Both the position numbers and the translations under genes were made by a program. Shown here in pieces: positions 47,015 to 57,305 of a stretch of 64,000 nucleotides of DNA (its first letter is position 1; the number at the start of each line of letters is the position of its first letter). The DNA lies in assembly GCA_963754925.1 (NCBI GenBank), contig CAVWHX010000004.1, forward strand, positions 1 through 64,000, read 5' to 3'. Under the pieces are notes generated by a model that was not told the DNA's origin, searched no databases, and saw only the letters and a list, made by a program, of their open reading frames with translations. This stretch comes from an uncultured delta proteobacterium. Lineage in GTDB: Bacteria; Myxococcota; B64-G9.

Positions 47015-48625
47015 ATGCTGACAGAACTTCAGGAATGGAACGACCTTGAAAAGCACTGCGCTCAGGTACAGGACCTGCATCTGCGCGAGCTGTTTCGCGA
47101 CGATCCGCACCGTGCCGAGCGCATGAGCCTCGAGGCGGCCCGTTGGCGTCTCGACTTTTCAAAAAATCGCGTCACACCCGAGACCATGCAAAAATTATAC
47201 GCTCTGGCCGAGGCTTGTAAGCTCAAGCAGACCATCGCGGACATGTTCTCGGGTAAACCAATCAACGAGACCGAACAGCGCCCCGTCCTCCATATCGCCC
47301 TTCGAAATCGCTCCAATACACCGATCCTCGTGGACGGCAAGGACGTCATGCTTGAAGTCAATGCCGTACTGACGCGCCTAGCGGCGTTTGCTCAGCACGT
47401 TCGGACAGGCGCGTGGAAGGGACATACGGGTAAGCGAATCCGGAATATAATTAATATTGGTATTGGCGGATCCGACCTCGGCCCCGCCATGGCCACCGAG
47501 GCGCTCCGGTATTATGCCCAGCGCGATCTGACCGTCCGCTTTGTCTCCAACGTAGATGCTACCCATTTTGTCGAACAGACTCGGGATTTCGACCCGGCCG
47601 AGACCCTTTTCATCATCGCCTCAAAGACCTTTACTACCCAGGAGACCATGACCAACGCCCAAAGTGCGCGCGAATGGTGCCTCGCGAGCCTCCGCAATCC
47701 GCAGGCCGTCGCCCGGCATTTTGTGGCGGTTTCAACCAACGCTTCTGAGGTCGCCCGTTTCGGGATTGACCCTCAGAATATGTTCGGCTTTTGGGATTGG
47801 GTCGGCGGCCGCTATTCGTTGTGTTCGGCAATCGGCCTGCCGCTCATGATCGCCATAGGTCCCGAGAACTTTCTCTCAATGCTGGATGGCTTCCATGCCA
47901 TGGATCGGCACTTCGCGTCAACCCCCTTCGAACGCAATCTTCCGGTGACCATGGCCCTGATCGGCATATGGTATAACAACTTTTTAGGCGCCCAAACTCA
48001 CGCCCTCCTTCCCTATGATCAGTACCTAGCGCGATTCCCAGCCTTCCTGCAACAAAGCGACATGGAAAGCAACGGCAAGGGCATCGACCGGCAGGGTCGT
48101 TCGGTTAGCTACCAAACCGGTCCTATCATTTGGGGCGAACCTGGCACCAATGGACAACATGCCTTTTACCAGCTCATCCATCAGGGAACCAAGCTCATTC
48201 CGGCCGACTTTATCGGCTTTCGTGAACCGCTCAATCCGCTTGGCGATCATCACCGCAAGCTTATGGCCAATCTTATTGCCCAAACCGAGGCATTGGCCTT
48301 TGGCAAGACCGCCCATGAGGTAGCAGCCGAGAAAACGCCGCCGGCGCTCATCCCACACAAAACCTTCCCCGGCAACCGCCCCAGCAACACCCTTCTCGCC
48401 GAACGCCTTACCCCCTTCGCGCTTGGGTCGCTCATCGCCCTGTACGAGCACAAGATCTTTACCCAAGGAGTTATCTGGAATGTAAATTCGTTTGACCAGT
48501 GGGGGGTTGAGCTCGGTAAGGTTCTGGCGAAAAAGATCCTTAATGAGTTACTCTCCGAAGAGAAACCCAGCCTCGCCCATGATAGCTCGACGAATGAATT
48601 GATCTCCCAGATTCGAAAAGATTAA
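47015..48625 (+). CDS. pgi: Glucose-6-phosphate isomerase
   Basis: [29 protein letters not shown]. Confidence 0.98.
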   Translation: MLTELQEWNDLEKHCAQVQDLHLRELFRDDPHRAERMSLEAARWRLDFSKNRVTPETMQKLYALAEACKLKQTIADMFSGKPINETEQRPVLHIALRNRSNTPILVDGKDVMLEVNAVLTRLAAFAQHVRTGAWKGHTGKRIRNIINIGIGGSDLGPAMATEALRYYAQRDLTVRFVSNVDATHFVEQTRDFDPAETLFIIASKTFTTQETMTNAQSAREWCLASLRNPQAVARHFVAVSTNASEVARFGIDPQNMFGFWDWVGGRYSLCSAIGLPLMIAIGPENFLSMLDGFHAMDRHFASTPFERNLPVTMALIGIWYNNFLGAQTHALLPYDQYLARFPAFLQQSDMESNGKGIDRQGRSVSYQTGPIIWGEPGTNGQHAFYQLIHQGTKLIPADFIGFREPLNPLGDHHRKLMANLIAQTEALAFGKTAHEVAAEKTPPALIPHKTFPGNRPSNTLLAERLTPFALGSLIALYEHKIFTQGVIWNVNSFDQWGVELGKVLAKKILNELLSEEKPSLAHDSSTNELISQIRKD

Positions 48626-48685
48626 CCGATTCAACCAGTTCTCATCGTTGCAGTATCAGCTATTCTCTGATATTTTGTTAACATT

Positions 48686-49924
48686 ATGGCTGAGACTTCA
48701 GAAACCAGTGACGACTCGCCTTCCTTATGGAACAGGAGTTTCGCTCTCCTTATATCCGGAACTCTTTTTCAAGGCCTAAGTTTTTACCTTCTTTTTCCTA
48801 TCCTTCCCCTGTACGTTAAGGGGCCTCTGCATTCCGGTGAAGATGTCGTCGGATTGGTCGTCGGCGTATTCTCCGTCACCGCTTTGATGGCCCGACCATG
48901 TGCTGGTTACTGGCTTGATCGTTTCGGGCGCCGGAGGGTGCTTATGTTCGCGGCCAGCTTTTTTTGTCTCTCCATGTTTTCGTTTTTGCTCGCGAGTAGT
49001 CTCTGGCTGCTGCTCGCGATCCGATTGATGCAGGGCATTGGTTGGGGATTGGCCGGCACCGCCTCGGCGACGGTGGCGATTGATCTGATTCCCCCCGACC
49101 GGCGCGGCGAGGGAATGGGTATGTACCTGCTATCCTTACCGCTAGCGCTCGCCGTAGGGCCCCTGATAGGATCCTGGGTGCTTGGCGGATCACATTTTCC
49201 CCGTTTGTTTGTTTGTGCGGGTGGATTGGCGATACTTGCGATGATATGCTTCACCTTGGTACCGATCCCGCTGATCCAAAATCCTGCGGCGCGGTTGACG
49301 CTCCAAAACATGGTCGAAAAAAGAGTGCTCAGGTTATCGAGCTTCATGTTGGTCATCTGTTTGGCGTATGGCGGACTGATGGCATTTGTTCCTTTATACG
49401 CGCTTCATCTTGGACTGCAAACCGCGGCGCCGGTGTTTTCGGCTTTCTCGATCGGCATCATTGCTACCCGACTTTTTGCCGGTCGTTGGTATGATCGCCG
49501 TGGTCCGCTCGAACCATGCATCACCGCCCTGGCGTTGCTATTAATTGGTTGGCTGGGCTTGGGATTTGCCGGAGGAAAAACTTCCCTCATGATTTCGGCG
49601 GCATCCATTGGACTGGGCTTTGGCATACTGATGCCCTCGGTTAATGCCATGCTTGCCGATATGATACCGTACGAACGCCGCGGCGCGGCCAATGCCACGT
49701 TTCTTTCATCCTGCGACGTCGGCATTGCCGTCGGGGCGATGGTTTTTGGTCTGCTGATAAAACGCTTCGAAGCATATTTCGATATGTCCATGATCTATAA
49801 GCTATCCGCGGTGTTGATAGCAGGAAGCGCGTTGCTCTTTTGGTTTGTGGTCTACCCTCACTACCAAGAAAATTGCCTCGAGCAATGCGAACGCGACGAA
49901 GGGCAAACGTTGCTGCCCGAGTAG
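48686..49924 (+). CDS. MFS transporter
   Basis: About 12 TMs, GYWLDRFGRRR motif A. Confidence 0.9.
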   Translation: MAETSETSDDSPSLWNRSFALLISGTLFQGLSFYLLFPILPLYVKGPLHSGEDVVGLVVGVFSVTALMARPCAGYWLDRFGRRRVLMFAASFFCLSMFSFLLASSLWLLLAIRLMQGIGWGLAGTASATVAIDLIPPDRRGEGMGMYLLSLPLALAVGPLIGSWVLGGSHFPRLFVCAGGLAILAMICFTLVPIPLIQNPAARLTLQNMVEKRVLRLSSFMLVICLAYGGLMAFVPLYALHLGLQTAAPVFSAFSIGIIATRLFAGRWYDRRGPLEPCITALALLLIGWLGLGFAGGKTSLMISAASIGLGFGILMPSVNAMLADMIPYERRGAANATFLSSCDVGIAVGAMVFGLLIKRFEAYFDMSMIYKLSAVLIAGSALLFWFVVYPHYQENCLEQCERDEGQTLLPE

Positions 49925-50139
49925 TATCAGGCAATCATTGTAGCAATCGTATTCCCTGATCAGCCGTGCGGCTTGGCGCGTTTTCCAACGTAAACCAATA
50001 GCTTACCCCGAAACTAAATGGCTACCTAAAAGAGGATTTTTTTTCTTGTCGTCTTATAATACGGTATGCTACATATCCGCCTTCAACTAGGGATATACAA
50101 GCTATACGGTACCGCCCCCGATGAAAGGAGATTTGATTC

Positions 50140-50553
50140 ATGGCTGCCTCGCGTAAAAACCTGATCAACGGGCTGACAGCCGCTCAAGCCAAGGAGCTCA
50201 AGAAGCTCCTCATTCTTAAGCGAGATGAGTTGCGGCATTCAATCTTGGCCCGCCGTGATCGCGACTCCACAGTCGATCCGAGCGAGATTATCGAGGAGCT
50301 CGAGCAGGCCTCGGCCGGTCAGGAGCAAGACGTCCAGCTCCGAATTCTCGATAAAGAGAGTAAACTCCTGCGCGAGGTCGAACGCGCGTTGAAGAAATTT
50401 GAAAAGAATGAATACGGACTCTGCGAAGGCACCATGGAGCCAATTGGTTACGCCCGACTCAAGGCACGTCCGTGGGCGCGTTACTCCGTTACCCACAAAG
50501 AAGAGCTCGAACGCATTCAGCGAGAGCAGTCCACCCTGCGTCCAGGCCGGTAA
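50140..50553 (+). CDS. DksA/TraR family protein with a degenerate zinc finger
   Basis: RALKK...YGLCEGTMEPIGYARLKARPWARYSV. Confidence 0.85.
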   Translation: MAASRKNLINGLTAAQAKELKKLLILKRDELRHSILARRDRDSTVDPSEIIEELEQASAGQEQDVQLRILDKESKLLREVERALKKFEKNEYGLCEGTMEPIGYARLKARPWARYSVTHKEELERIQREQSTLRPGR

Positions 50554-50612
50554 GCACCATTCGTCATACGATAGTAGCTGTTAGTCTCATGCCGCTACGG
50601 AGTTGTTGATTG

Positions 50613-51332
50613 CTACGTGGACCCCGCGTTCTTTCGTCTGACGTCTCTTTGTTTTGCTGCCTTCTTTACGTTGATCAACTGTGCTAGGCGCCGACCCAAA
50701 TGAACCAGGCGCCCATTAATGCGAACGGCGATCGGTCCATCGAATGGTCCGATGCTCTCTAGGGTGATTGACCCACCCGGACGCGCACCTTGGCTTTCGA
50801 GGTACTTGATTGCCTCTTCGTCCTCGCTGGTGACACGTGAGATTTGGCCCGATGACCCTGCGGGCAACTCGAGGAGCGGCGAGTCCGCCAAGCGCGGCCA
50901 GGTGACATTCTTGGCAGGGATGGGTTGGCCATGCGGATCGAACTTCGGCCGGTTGAGCATTACGTCGAGTTTCTCCTCGAACACCTCGTCGATGGTCGGC
51001 TGCATGAGCACGGCGCGTTGATGCGACTCGCGCAGATCAAAGCCCATCACCGTGTGAAGCCAGACCTCGAGCAAGCGGTGCCGCCGGACAACCCGCAGGG
51101 CATGGTGGAGCCCATCGGGAGTCAGCTCGGCTCCCCGGTATGGCTCAAGGCGCACGAGCTTCCGGACGGCCAGGTTTTTGAGCATGCGGCTCGCAGCCGC
51201 AGCGCTGACTCCGACACGCTTCGCGAGGTCGCCCGTGTCGGCCTGCTGGCCATGATTGGTGAGCAGGAGGAGCGCGTGCAGGTACGCATCCACCGCTCCC
51301 GATGACCGTTTCTGTCGCTGTTTTAGTGCCAT
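50613..51332 (-). CDS. DtxR/MntR family metal-dependent repressor with FeoA-like C-terminus
   Basis: DAYL, wHTH, RRHRLLEVWL, PKFDPHGQPIP. Confidence 0.9.
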   Translation of the reverse strand: MALKQRQKRSSGAVDAYLHALLLLTNHGQQADTGDLAKRVGVSAAAASRMLKNLAVRKLVRLEPYRGAELTPDGLHHALRVVRRHRLLEVWLHTVMGFDLRESHQRAVLMQPTIDEVFEEKLDVMLNRPKFDPHGQPIPAKNVTWPRLADSPLLELPAGSSGQISRVTSEDEEAIKYLESQGARPGGSITLESIGPFDGPIAVRINGRLVHLGRRLAQLINVKKAAKQRDVRRKNAGST

Positions 51333-51340
51333 GCAACTCA

Positions 51341-51374
51341 AAATTTAACGTAAGTTTAACAACTGATGTCAACC
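51341..51374 (-). promoter_or_regulatory. Promoter/operator of the mntR-like gene
   Basis: Minus-strand TTGACA with an overlapping TTAAC-N4-GTTTA imperfect palindrome. Confidence 0.6.
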
Positions 51375-51468
51375 AGTACTAACGATTTTAGTACCTATTC
51401 GGCACGATAGATCAACGTGAAACAAATCATCGATCACTAACAATCATCGTTCGAAGAACCGAGCGTCC

Positions 51469-52899
51469 TCAGAACTCGACATGGAATCGGCACCCAAAAA
51501 ACGTCGCGGGGCCGCGGTCGCGGTTATATGCGGGATTCACGATGAATTGGCCGTCCAGCGTAAACCACAGGCCATTGAAAACCTTGAGCGCGTAGTAGGC
51601 CTCCAGAATCTGCTCCATACCGTAACTGAGCCTGCCGTCACCGATAAAATAACCGAGACCTCCTGCCGCCAAATAATCGCGGTCGGCGTCGGAGATGCCG
51701 TTGACCACATACGCCAAACCAAAGGTGTCTTTCGGTCGTAGCCACAGCGTTCCCTTCATGGTGGCGCCGAAGACGAAGGACAGATCGATTTGCGCGTACG
51801 CGTATTCCTCCGACTGACCGTCACTGTAACTGAATCGCATGAACACCCCGAGATCTCGCGTCAACGCCTGCTCCAGATTGATGCCGAAGATGAGCTTGGA
51901 CCGGTCCTCGCGGACATTCGCGACCGAGGGAATTCCGCCTGACTGTGCGGCCTCTTTGAGCGCGTCGCGATAGCCGCCCATCCGTGCGCGGTTGTGGAAG
52001 AAGTCAAATCGAATGGCGCCCGGCATGCCGCATATAACATGGTCGTGCTCGACTTCGAAGACGTCCCCGAAGTGAATGATGATATTGTAGTCGAGCTGCA
52101 GTCCGTTCGACTGCTTTGGTTGAGCGAATCGGCCGATTCGAAACGCCCAATCGTCATGGTAGTACTCAATCGCGAGGCCCACCGTGTAGCCGCGCGCATC
52201 TGCGGCGAAATCCGAGGCGCCATAGGTCCAGATAGCCCAATTCAAAAAGGAGGTGCGTGGGTCGTGGGAATAGGCGTTTGCGTCGAAGATGTCGGTCACC
52301 GCAAGGTTGCCGATGGTCAGCACCAGCCGACGGCTGGAGACGGCGCCGGCGAACTGGTTGGGGCCGGCCTCGACTGATGAAGACGACCCTCCGAGTGAAA
52401 AGGTCTGGCGCAGAAAAAGCCGCGCCTTGTATAGATCTGGCGTCGGTCCGCCGCCCCTTTGCTCTTCGCCGTTCGTCACTCCGGCCAAGCCGTAAAGGTT
52501 TGAGATATCCTGGTTCTGAATTACCTCGGGGTTGAAGAAGATCTCCGCGCCGATCCAGGGCCTGAACCCGAGAAAAACCGTGCCGGTCAGCGTGTAACCG
52601 GTCTCGGCCTTGGTCAGGAGGCTGTGGGGTCCGGTATATTTCGCGTTGAGGGGAGGTTTGCGCTGCCAAATATAGGTCGTCTGGAAATTGAGCTGCCAGT
52701 TCTTTGGGTCCAGCGGCGAGTAGAACGGCCCCCATTTCTTGGGCGCGACCGGCGTCGCAGCGGCGGTGTCCGTAACCGCGGCGGCCGGGGATGACGTATT
52801 CGTAGCCGCGTTATCGGAGGCGTCATCGTTTGCAGCCTTAACGGTTGCACCGATGATTGCGGCCAAACCGAGCACAATGATTGTGATCCAACGCGTCAT
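51469..52899 (-). CDS. OprB-family porin, MnoP (Mn2+ porin)-like
   Basis: Signal peptide, ARLFLRQT, DIFDANAYSHDPRTSFLNW, ADARGYT, NPAYNRDRGP, terminal F. Confidence 0.75.
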   Translation of the reverse strand: MTRWITIIVLGLAAIIGATVKAANDDASDNAATNTSSPAAAVTDTAAATPVAPKKWGPFYSPLDPKNWQLNFQTTYIWQRKPPLNAKYTGPHSLLTKAETGYTLTGTVFLGFRPWIGAEIFFNPEVIQNQDISNLYGLAGVTNGEEQRGGGPTPDLYKARLFLRQTFSLGGSSSSVEAGPNQFAGAVSSRRLVLTIGNLAVTDIFDANAYSHDPRTSFLNWAIWTYGASDFAADARGYTVGLAIEYYHDDWAFRIGRFAQPKQSNGLQLDYNIIIHFGDVFEVEHDHVICGMPGAIRFDFFHNRARMGGYRDALKEAAQSGGIPSVANVREDRSKLIFGINLEQALTRDLGVFMRFSYSDGQSEEYAYAQIDLSFVFGATMKGTLWLRPKDTFGLAYVVNGISDADRDYLAAGGLGYFIGDGRLSYGMEQILEAYYALKVFNGLWFTLDGQFIVNPAYNRDRGPATFFGCRFHVEF

Positions 52900-52936
52900 G
52901 TGTATTCCCTCGCTGTTTGAGCAATATGCAACGCGC

Positions 52937-52967
52937 AAATTAACATCGGTTAACTAATATGTCAACC
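52937..52967 (-). promoter_or_regulatory. Promoter/operator of the porin gene
   Basis: Minus-strand TTGACA-17-TAATTT overlapping a perfect TTAAC-ATCG-GTTAA. Confidence 0.65.
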
Positions 52968-53292
52968 TAGATCAATACTGAGGCATCCCTCCCAAACAAC
53001 TAAACCCGTTCTACCGAGAGCCACTGAAACAGTTTCAAAAAACTCCAGCGAAATCGCATCAGGTGATATTGACCGAGTATACCGTCGCTGGGTGGCGGCC
53101 TGATGATAACGGCGCCGCTCTGAAACCGCAATTCATAACCGTGCCTTCTGGCTTTTCTACGCGAAGTGGCCGCTATCGCATCATTGTTATTGCCCAGGGG
53201 AAAACATGCTCGGGCACTTGGAATCCCGTGAAAGGTAGGTTACACTGCACAGCGCATGGCGACTGGTAATGGTCTTGTATCGAGGAGATCCG

Positions 53293-54978
53293 ATGGCACA
53301 TCAGTTCATCTATACCGTGCAGCGCTTGCATAAGTTCGTGCCGCCTAACCGCGCCGTGATCAAGAATCTTACCCTCGCCTTTTTTCCGGGGGCTAAGATT
53401 GGGGTGATTGGCGGCAACGGCGCCGGCAAGAGCTCGCTGCTGCGCATTCTTGCGGGTGTGGATAAGGACTTCCAAGGCGAGACCTGGCACCCGCCTGAGA
53501 TCAGCATCGGTTATTTGCCTCAGGAGCCGCAGCTCGATCCGACCAAAGACGTGCGCGGCAATGTCATGGAGGCGGTGGCAACCACTAAGGCGCTCCTGAT
53601 TCGTTTTGATGAGCTGAACGCCAAGCTCGCCGAAAATTTACCCCCGGATCAGATGGACGCCGTCATGAAGGAATATGGCAAGGTCCAAGATGCGATCGAG
53701 GCTGCTTCCGCCTGGGATCTCGACACCACCATAGACATCGCCATGGACGCGCTGCGGCTTCCGCCCGGTGATGCAGCGGTGACCACGCTATCGGGCGGGG
53801 AACGCCGCCGCGTGGCTTTGTGCCGTGTTCTTCTGGCCAGGCCCGATTTATTGTTGCTGGACGAACCGACCAATCACCTCGATACCGAAAGCGTGGCGTG
53901 GCTCGAGCACCACCTGCAGGAGTATCCGGGCACGGTCATATCGGTCACCCACGACCGGTATTTCCTCGACAATGTCGCCGGTTGGATCTTGGAGATGGAT
54001 CGCGGCGAGGGCATCCCCTGGAAGGGCAACTACTCCTCGTGGCTTGACCAGAAACAGAAGCGGTTAGAGATGGAGGAAAAGCAAATCTCGGCCCGACGGC
54101 GGACGTTGATGCGCGAGCTCGAGTGGGTGCGCATGAGCGCGGTGGCCCGTCAAGCCAAGAGCAAGGCCCGGCTGCAGGCCTATGAAAAGCTCTTTGCCGA
54201 AGATCAAGCGGCCGAAGCGCGCGAATCCACCCTGGAGATAACCATTCCACCGGGACCGCGCCTGGGCGACGAAGTAGTGGAAGCCCGAGGTCTGAGTAAG
54301 GGTTTTGGCGACCGATTGTTGATCGATAGCCTCAGTTTTCGACTGCCGCCCGGAGGAATTGTCGGCGTGATCGGCGCCAACGGCACCGGCAAGACGACCC
54401 TCTTTCGCATGATAAACGGCGATGAGCAGCCGGATGCCGGAACCCTGAAAATCGGCTCGACGGTCAAGCTCTCCTACGTTGACCAAAATCGAGACGCCCT
54501 CGACGGCGCAAAAACCGCCTGGGAAGAGATCTCGAGCGGCAGCGATTTCTTTGAGGCGGCCGGGCGTCGCATCAATTCGCGGGCGTACGCCTCGAGCTTT
54601 GGGTTTCGCGGTTCCGATCAACAAAAACCCGTGGCCGGCCTTTCGGGAGGGGAGCGCAACCGTCTGCACCTGGCGAAACTCATCCGCAACGGCGGCAACC
54701 TGTTGCTGCTCGATGAGCCGACCAACGATCTCGACGTCGACACCCTACGGGCGCTTGAGGAAGGGTTGATTAATTTTGCGGGTTGTGTGGTGGTCATCAG
54801 CCACGACCGTTGGTTTCTGGACCGCATCGCCACCCACATCCTGGCCTTTGAGGGCAATAGCCGGGTGGTTTGGTTTGAAGGCAACTACCAACAGTACGAG
54901 GCCGACCGCCGTCGCCGGCTGGGCGCCGAGGCCGAACAGCCGCATCGGGTGAAATACAAAAAGTTGATCCGTGGATAA
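53293..54978 (+). CDS. ettA: Energy-dependent translational throttle protein (ABC-F)
   Basis: FFPGAKIGVIG.NGAGKS, two ABC domains, ELEWVR...RQAKSKAR linker. Confidence 0.95.
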   Translation: MAHQFIYTVQRLHKFVPPNRAVIKNLTLAFFPGAKIGVIGGNGAGKSSLLRILAGVDKDFQGETWHPPEISIGYLPQEPQLDPTKDVRGNVMEAVATTKALLIRFDELNAKLAENLPPDQMDAVMKEYGKVQDAIEAASAWDLDTTIDIAMDALRLPPGDAAVTTLSGGERRRVALCRVLLARPDLLLLDEPTNHLDTESVAWLEHHLQEYPGTVISVTHDRYFLDNVAGWILEMDRGEGIPWKGNYSSWLDQKQKRLEMEEKQISARRRTLMRELEWVRMSAVARQAKSKARLQAYEKLFAEDQAAEARESTLEITIPPGPRLGDEVVEARGLSKGFGDRLLIDSLSFRLPPGGIVGVIGANGTGKTTLFRMINGDEQPDAGTLKIGSTVKLSYVDQNRDALDGAKTAWEEISSGSDFFEAAGRRINSRAYASSFGFRGSDQQKPVAGLSGGERNRLHLAKLIRNGGNLLLLDEPTNDLDVDTLRALEEGLINFAGCVVVISHDRWFLDRIATHILAFEGNSRVVWFEGNYQQYEADRRRRLGAEAEQPHRVKYKKLIRG

Positions 54979-54990
54979 AGGATCAGGGGC

Positions 54991-56319
54991 GTGGCTACAA
55001 CACACAGGGCCGCTGCGAAAGAGATCTTCGGGTGGGCGATGTTTGACTTTGCCAACTCGTCCTACACGACGGTCATTATTTCGGTCGTTTACGGTGTCAT
55101 TTTCCCTAAAATCATCGTGGGAGACGGTCCCGATTATCGGTTGGGCAACCTGCTGTGGAGTACGGCGCTTTCGATAAGCTATCTGGTCGTGCTGGTGTCC
55201 GCACCGCTGTGCGGCGCCATCATGGATTTTTCGGCGACCAAAAAAAAGTTTCTTTTCGCCAGTTGTATTCTGACGGTGGTCGCGTCGGCGGCTCTCTTTT
55301 TTGTCTCTCCGGGCGCTATCACCCTCGGAATGCTGTGCATTATCGTATCGAATATCGGCTTTTCCCTGAGCGAGTCGTTTGTATCGAGCTTCCTGCCCGA
55401 CCTCGGACCGCGCGAGGATCTCGGCAAGATCTCCGGGTATGCTTGGAGTCTGGGATACTTTGGGGGGCTTTCGTCGACGGCGATTGTCTTGTTCGGACTG
55501 GGCGCGCTTACGGCCGATAATTTCGGCAACCTTCGATGGGTCGGGCCTATCACCGGCGGCTTCTTTTTTATCGCCTCGATACCAACCTTCTTGTGGCTCA
55601 ACGAGCGAGGGATAGGCCAGCACCTTCCCCGGGGAGAAACCTATATCTCTATCGGATTGAAACGGCTGAAAAAAACCATCGCCGATATCCGGGACTATCG
55701 AGATTTGGCGATACTGTTGCTTTCCTTTCTCTTTTCCTACGCCGGCCTCTCAATCGTCATCAGTTTTGCATTCATCTATGGCGATCAGGTGATTCACTGG
55801 ACGCCCATGGCTCAACTATTGATGTTTGTTCTTACGCAACTGACCGCCGCTGCGGGAGCATTCATATTCGGGTTTGTCCAGGACACCTGGGGAACCAAAA
55901 AGACCTATGCACTGACCCTGGTCATGTGGGTTATTGCCATCGTTCTTATTGCCGAGGTTGACGACATCACGAACACTATAAACAGTCTGTTAGCGAGTTC
56001 ATTGAAAGTGCAAACGGTATTCTTGGTTATTGGATCCCTTGCCGGATTGGGTTTGGGCGCCACCCAGTCGTCATGTCGCGCCTTGGTCGGCCTTTTTTCG
56101 CCTGAATCGAAATCCGGTGAATTTTTCGGTTTATGGGGGCTTTCCGGCAAGGTTGCCTCCATCATTGGGTTGCTTGGCCTGGGTTTTCTTCAATCTGCGT
56201 TAGGCTTGAAGAAAGCCATAGCTATTTGCGCGGCATTTTTTGTTATCGCCATTGTCTTCAATCTATTTGTCGACGAAAAGCGGGGGCGGCAGACCGCGCA
56301 AGAACACGAGGGAGAATAA
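54991..56319 (+). CDS. MFS transporter, UMF1/Atg22-like
   Basis: GWAMFDFANSSY, GEFFGLW, about 12 TMs. Confidence 0.88.
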   Translation: MATTHRAAAKEIFGWAMFDFANSSYTTVIISVVYGVIFPKIIVGDGPDYRLGNLLWSTALSISYLVVLVSAPLCGAIMDFSATKKKFLFASCILTVVASAALFFVSPGAITLGMLCIIVSNIGFSLSESFVSSFLPDLGPREDLGKISGYAWSLGYFGGLSSTAIVLFGLGALTADNFGNLRWVGPITGGFFFIASIPTFLWLNERGIGQHLPRGETYISIGLKRLKKTIADIRDYRDLAILLLSFLFSYAGLSIVISFAFIYGDQVIHWTPMAQLLMFVLTQLTAAAGAFIFGFVQDTWGTKKTYALTLVMWVIAIVLIAEVDDITNTINSLLASSLKVQTVFLVIGSLAGLGLGATQSSCRALVGLFSPESKSGEFFGLWGLSGKVASIIGLLGLGFLQSALGLKKAIAICAAFFVIAIVFNLFVDEKRGRQTAQEHEGE

Positions 56320-56329
56320 AGGTCCTGGG

Positions 56330-57190
56330 ATGGACGAACTTCTTTACCACGGAACCCTCAAGCACGAGCGGGGAATATCATATATAGAAGGATCCGACGG
56401 CACTCATTACCTCCAATCAGAGACGATCTGGGATGGATATGTGCGACACTGGCTTGGGAAAAAGGTCAGTGCTCGATTTTTGCAGCAAAAGGATTATGAA
56501 ACCGGACGGAATATTCTGGTTCTGTGGCCTTTCAAGGAACGGCCAAGGGCGCCGTTTGTTGAACTGTACTACAATGAACGGCTCGTCAAGTATCCGATAT
56601 CATCATTCGGACACATGGCAATCAACGTCAATGGAGCGATTTATAATTTTGCCAACCTTATCAATGAAAACGAACTCCTCTCTGAGGAAGAATACTTCTT
56701 TCGTCCGGCGCTCGGCGAGTTTGCGCCCGATCCAAAAAACGGACGCTGCAATGTTCGTGACAGCCACCGCCCCTATTACGATAAATTCGGCAGACGTTTC
56801 ATGCGATCGATCCACGTCCTTCACCTCGAGGGCATCAACAACGATCCTCTTGACCGTTATTTCAACATGGCGTTGCGGGAAAGACTCAATACACCCGATC
56901 TAAAACATCCGAACAAATATCGCGATTTCGGCATAGTTAGGAATAATTGCGTAACTATCATTCGCGATGGACTTCGGGCTTACGGATTTAAAAACATCAA
57001 AGGAATTCTTCCACGAGAGTTATTTATCAATGCGGCCTACCATATGTTAACGTTAGATGGGCGTAACGGCATGCGGGTGAACCTTTTTCGGTTGCCACAA
57101 CTCAAGGTTCCCGAAGCCCCGTATAGCGCGCTTTCAGCTATCGTGAATCCCGTCAATAGAATATTGGTGCGAACGCTCCCAGGGTATTAA
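56330..57190 (+). CDS. Hypothetical protein, candidate permuted papain-like (NlpC/P60) hydrolase
   Basis: FGHMAINVNGAIYNF followed by YRDFGIVRNNCVT. Confidence 0.55.
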   Translation: MDELLYHGTLKHERGISYIEGSDGTHYLQSETIWDGYVRHWLGKKVSARFLQQKDYETGRNILVLWPFKERPRAPFVELYYNERLVKYPISSFGHMAINVNGAIYNFANLINENELLSEEEYFFRPALGEFAPDPKNGRCNVRDSHRPYYDKFGRRFMRSIHVLHLEGINNDPLDRYFNMALRERLNTPDLKHPNKYRDFGIVRNNCVTIIRDGLRAYGFKNIKGILPRELFINAAYHMLTLDGRNGMRVNLFRLPQLKVPEAPYSALSAIVNPVNRILVRTLPGY

Positions 57191-57305
57191 CCAATCGCCC
57201 TTCCCGTCGCCGATACGAGACCTGTTAACAACAATTAATAAACACAGCCATTGACCATAATTCAACGGTAGGTGAAGGCTGTGGTAGAGGTAAAAAAAGT
57301 AATGG

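Noticed and set aside
53063..53269. 68-aa ORF upstream of ettA
   Set aside because: No SD or recognisable motif; it cannot be supported from the sequence alone.
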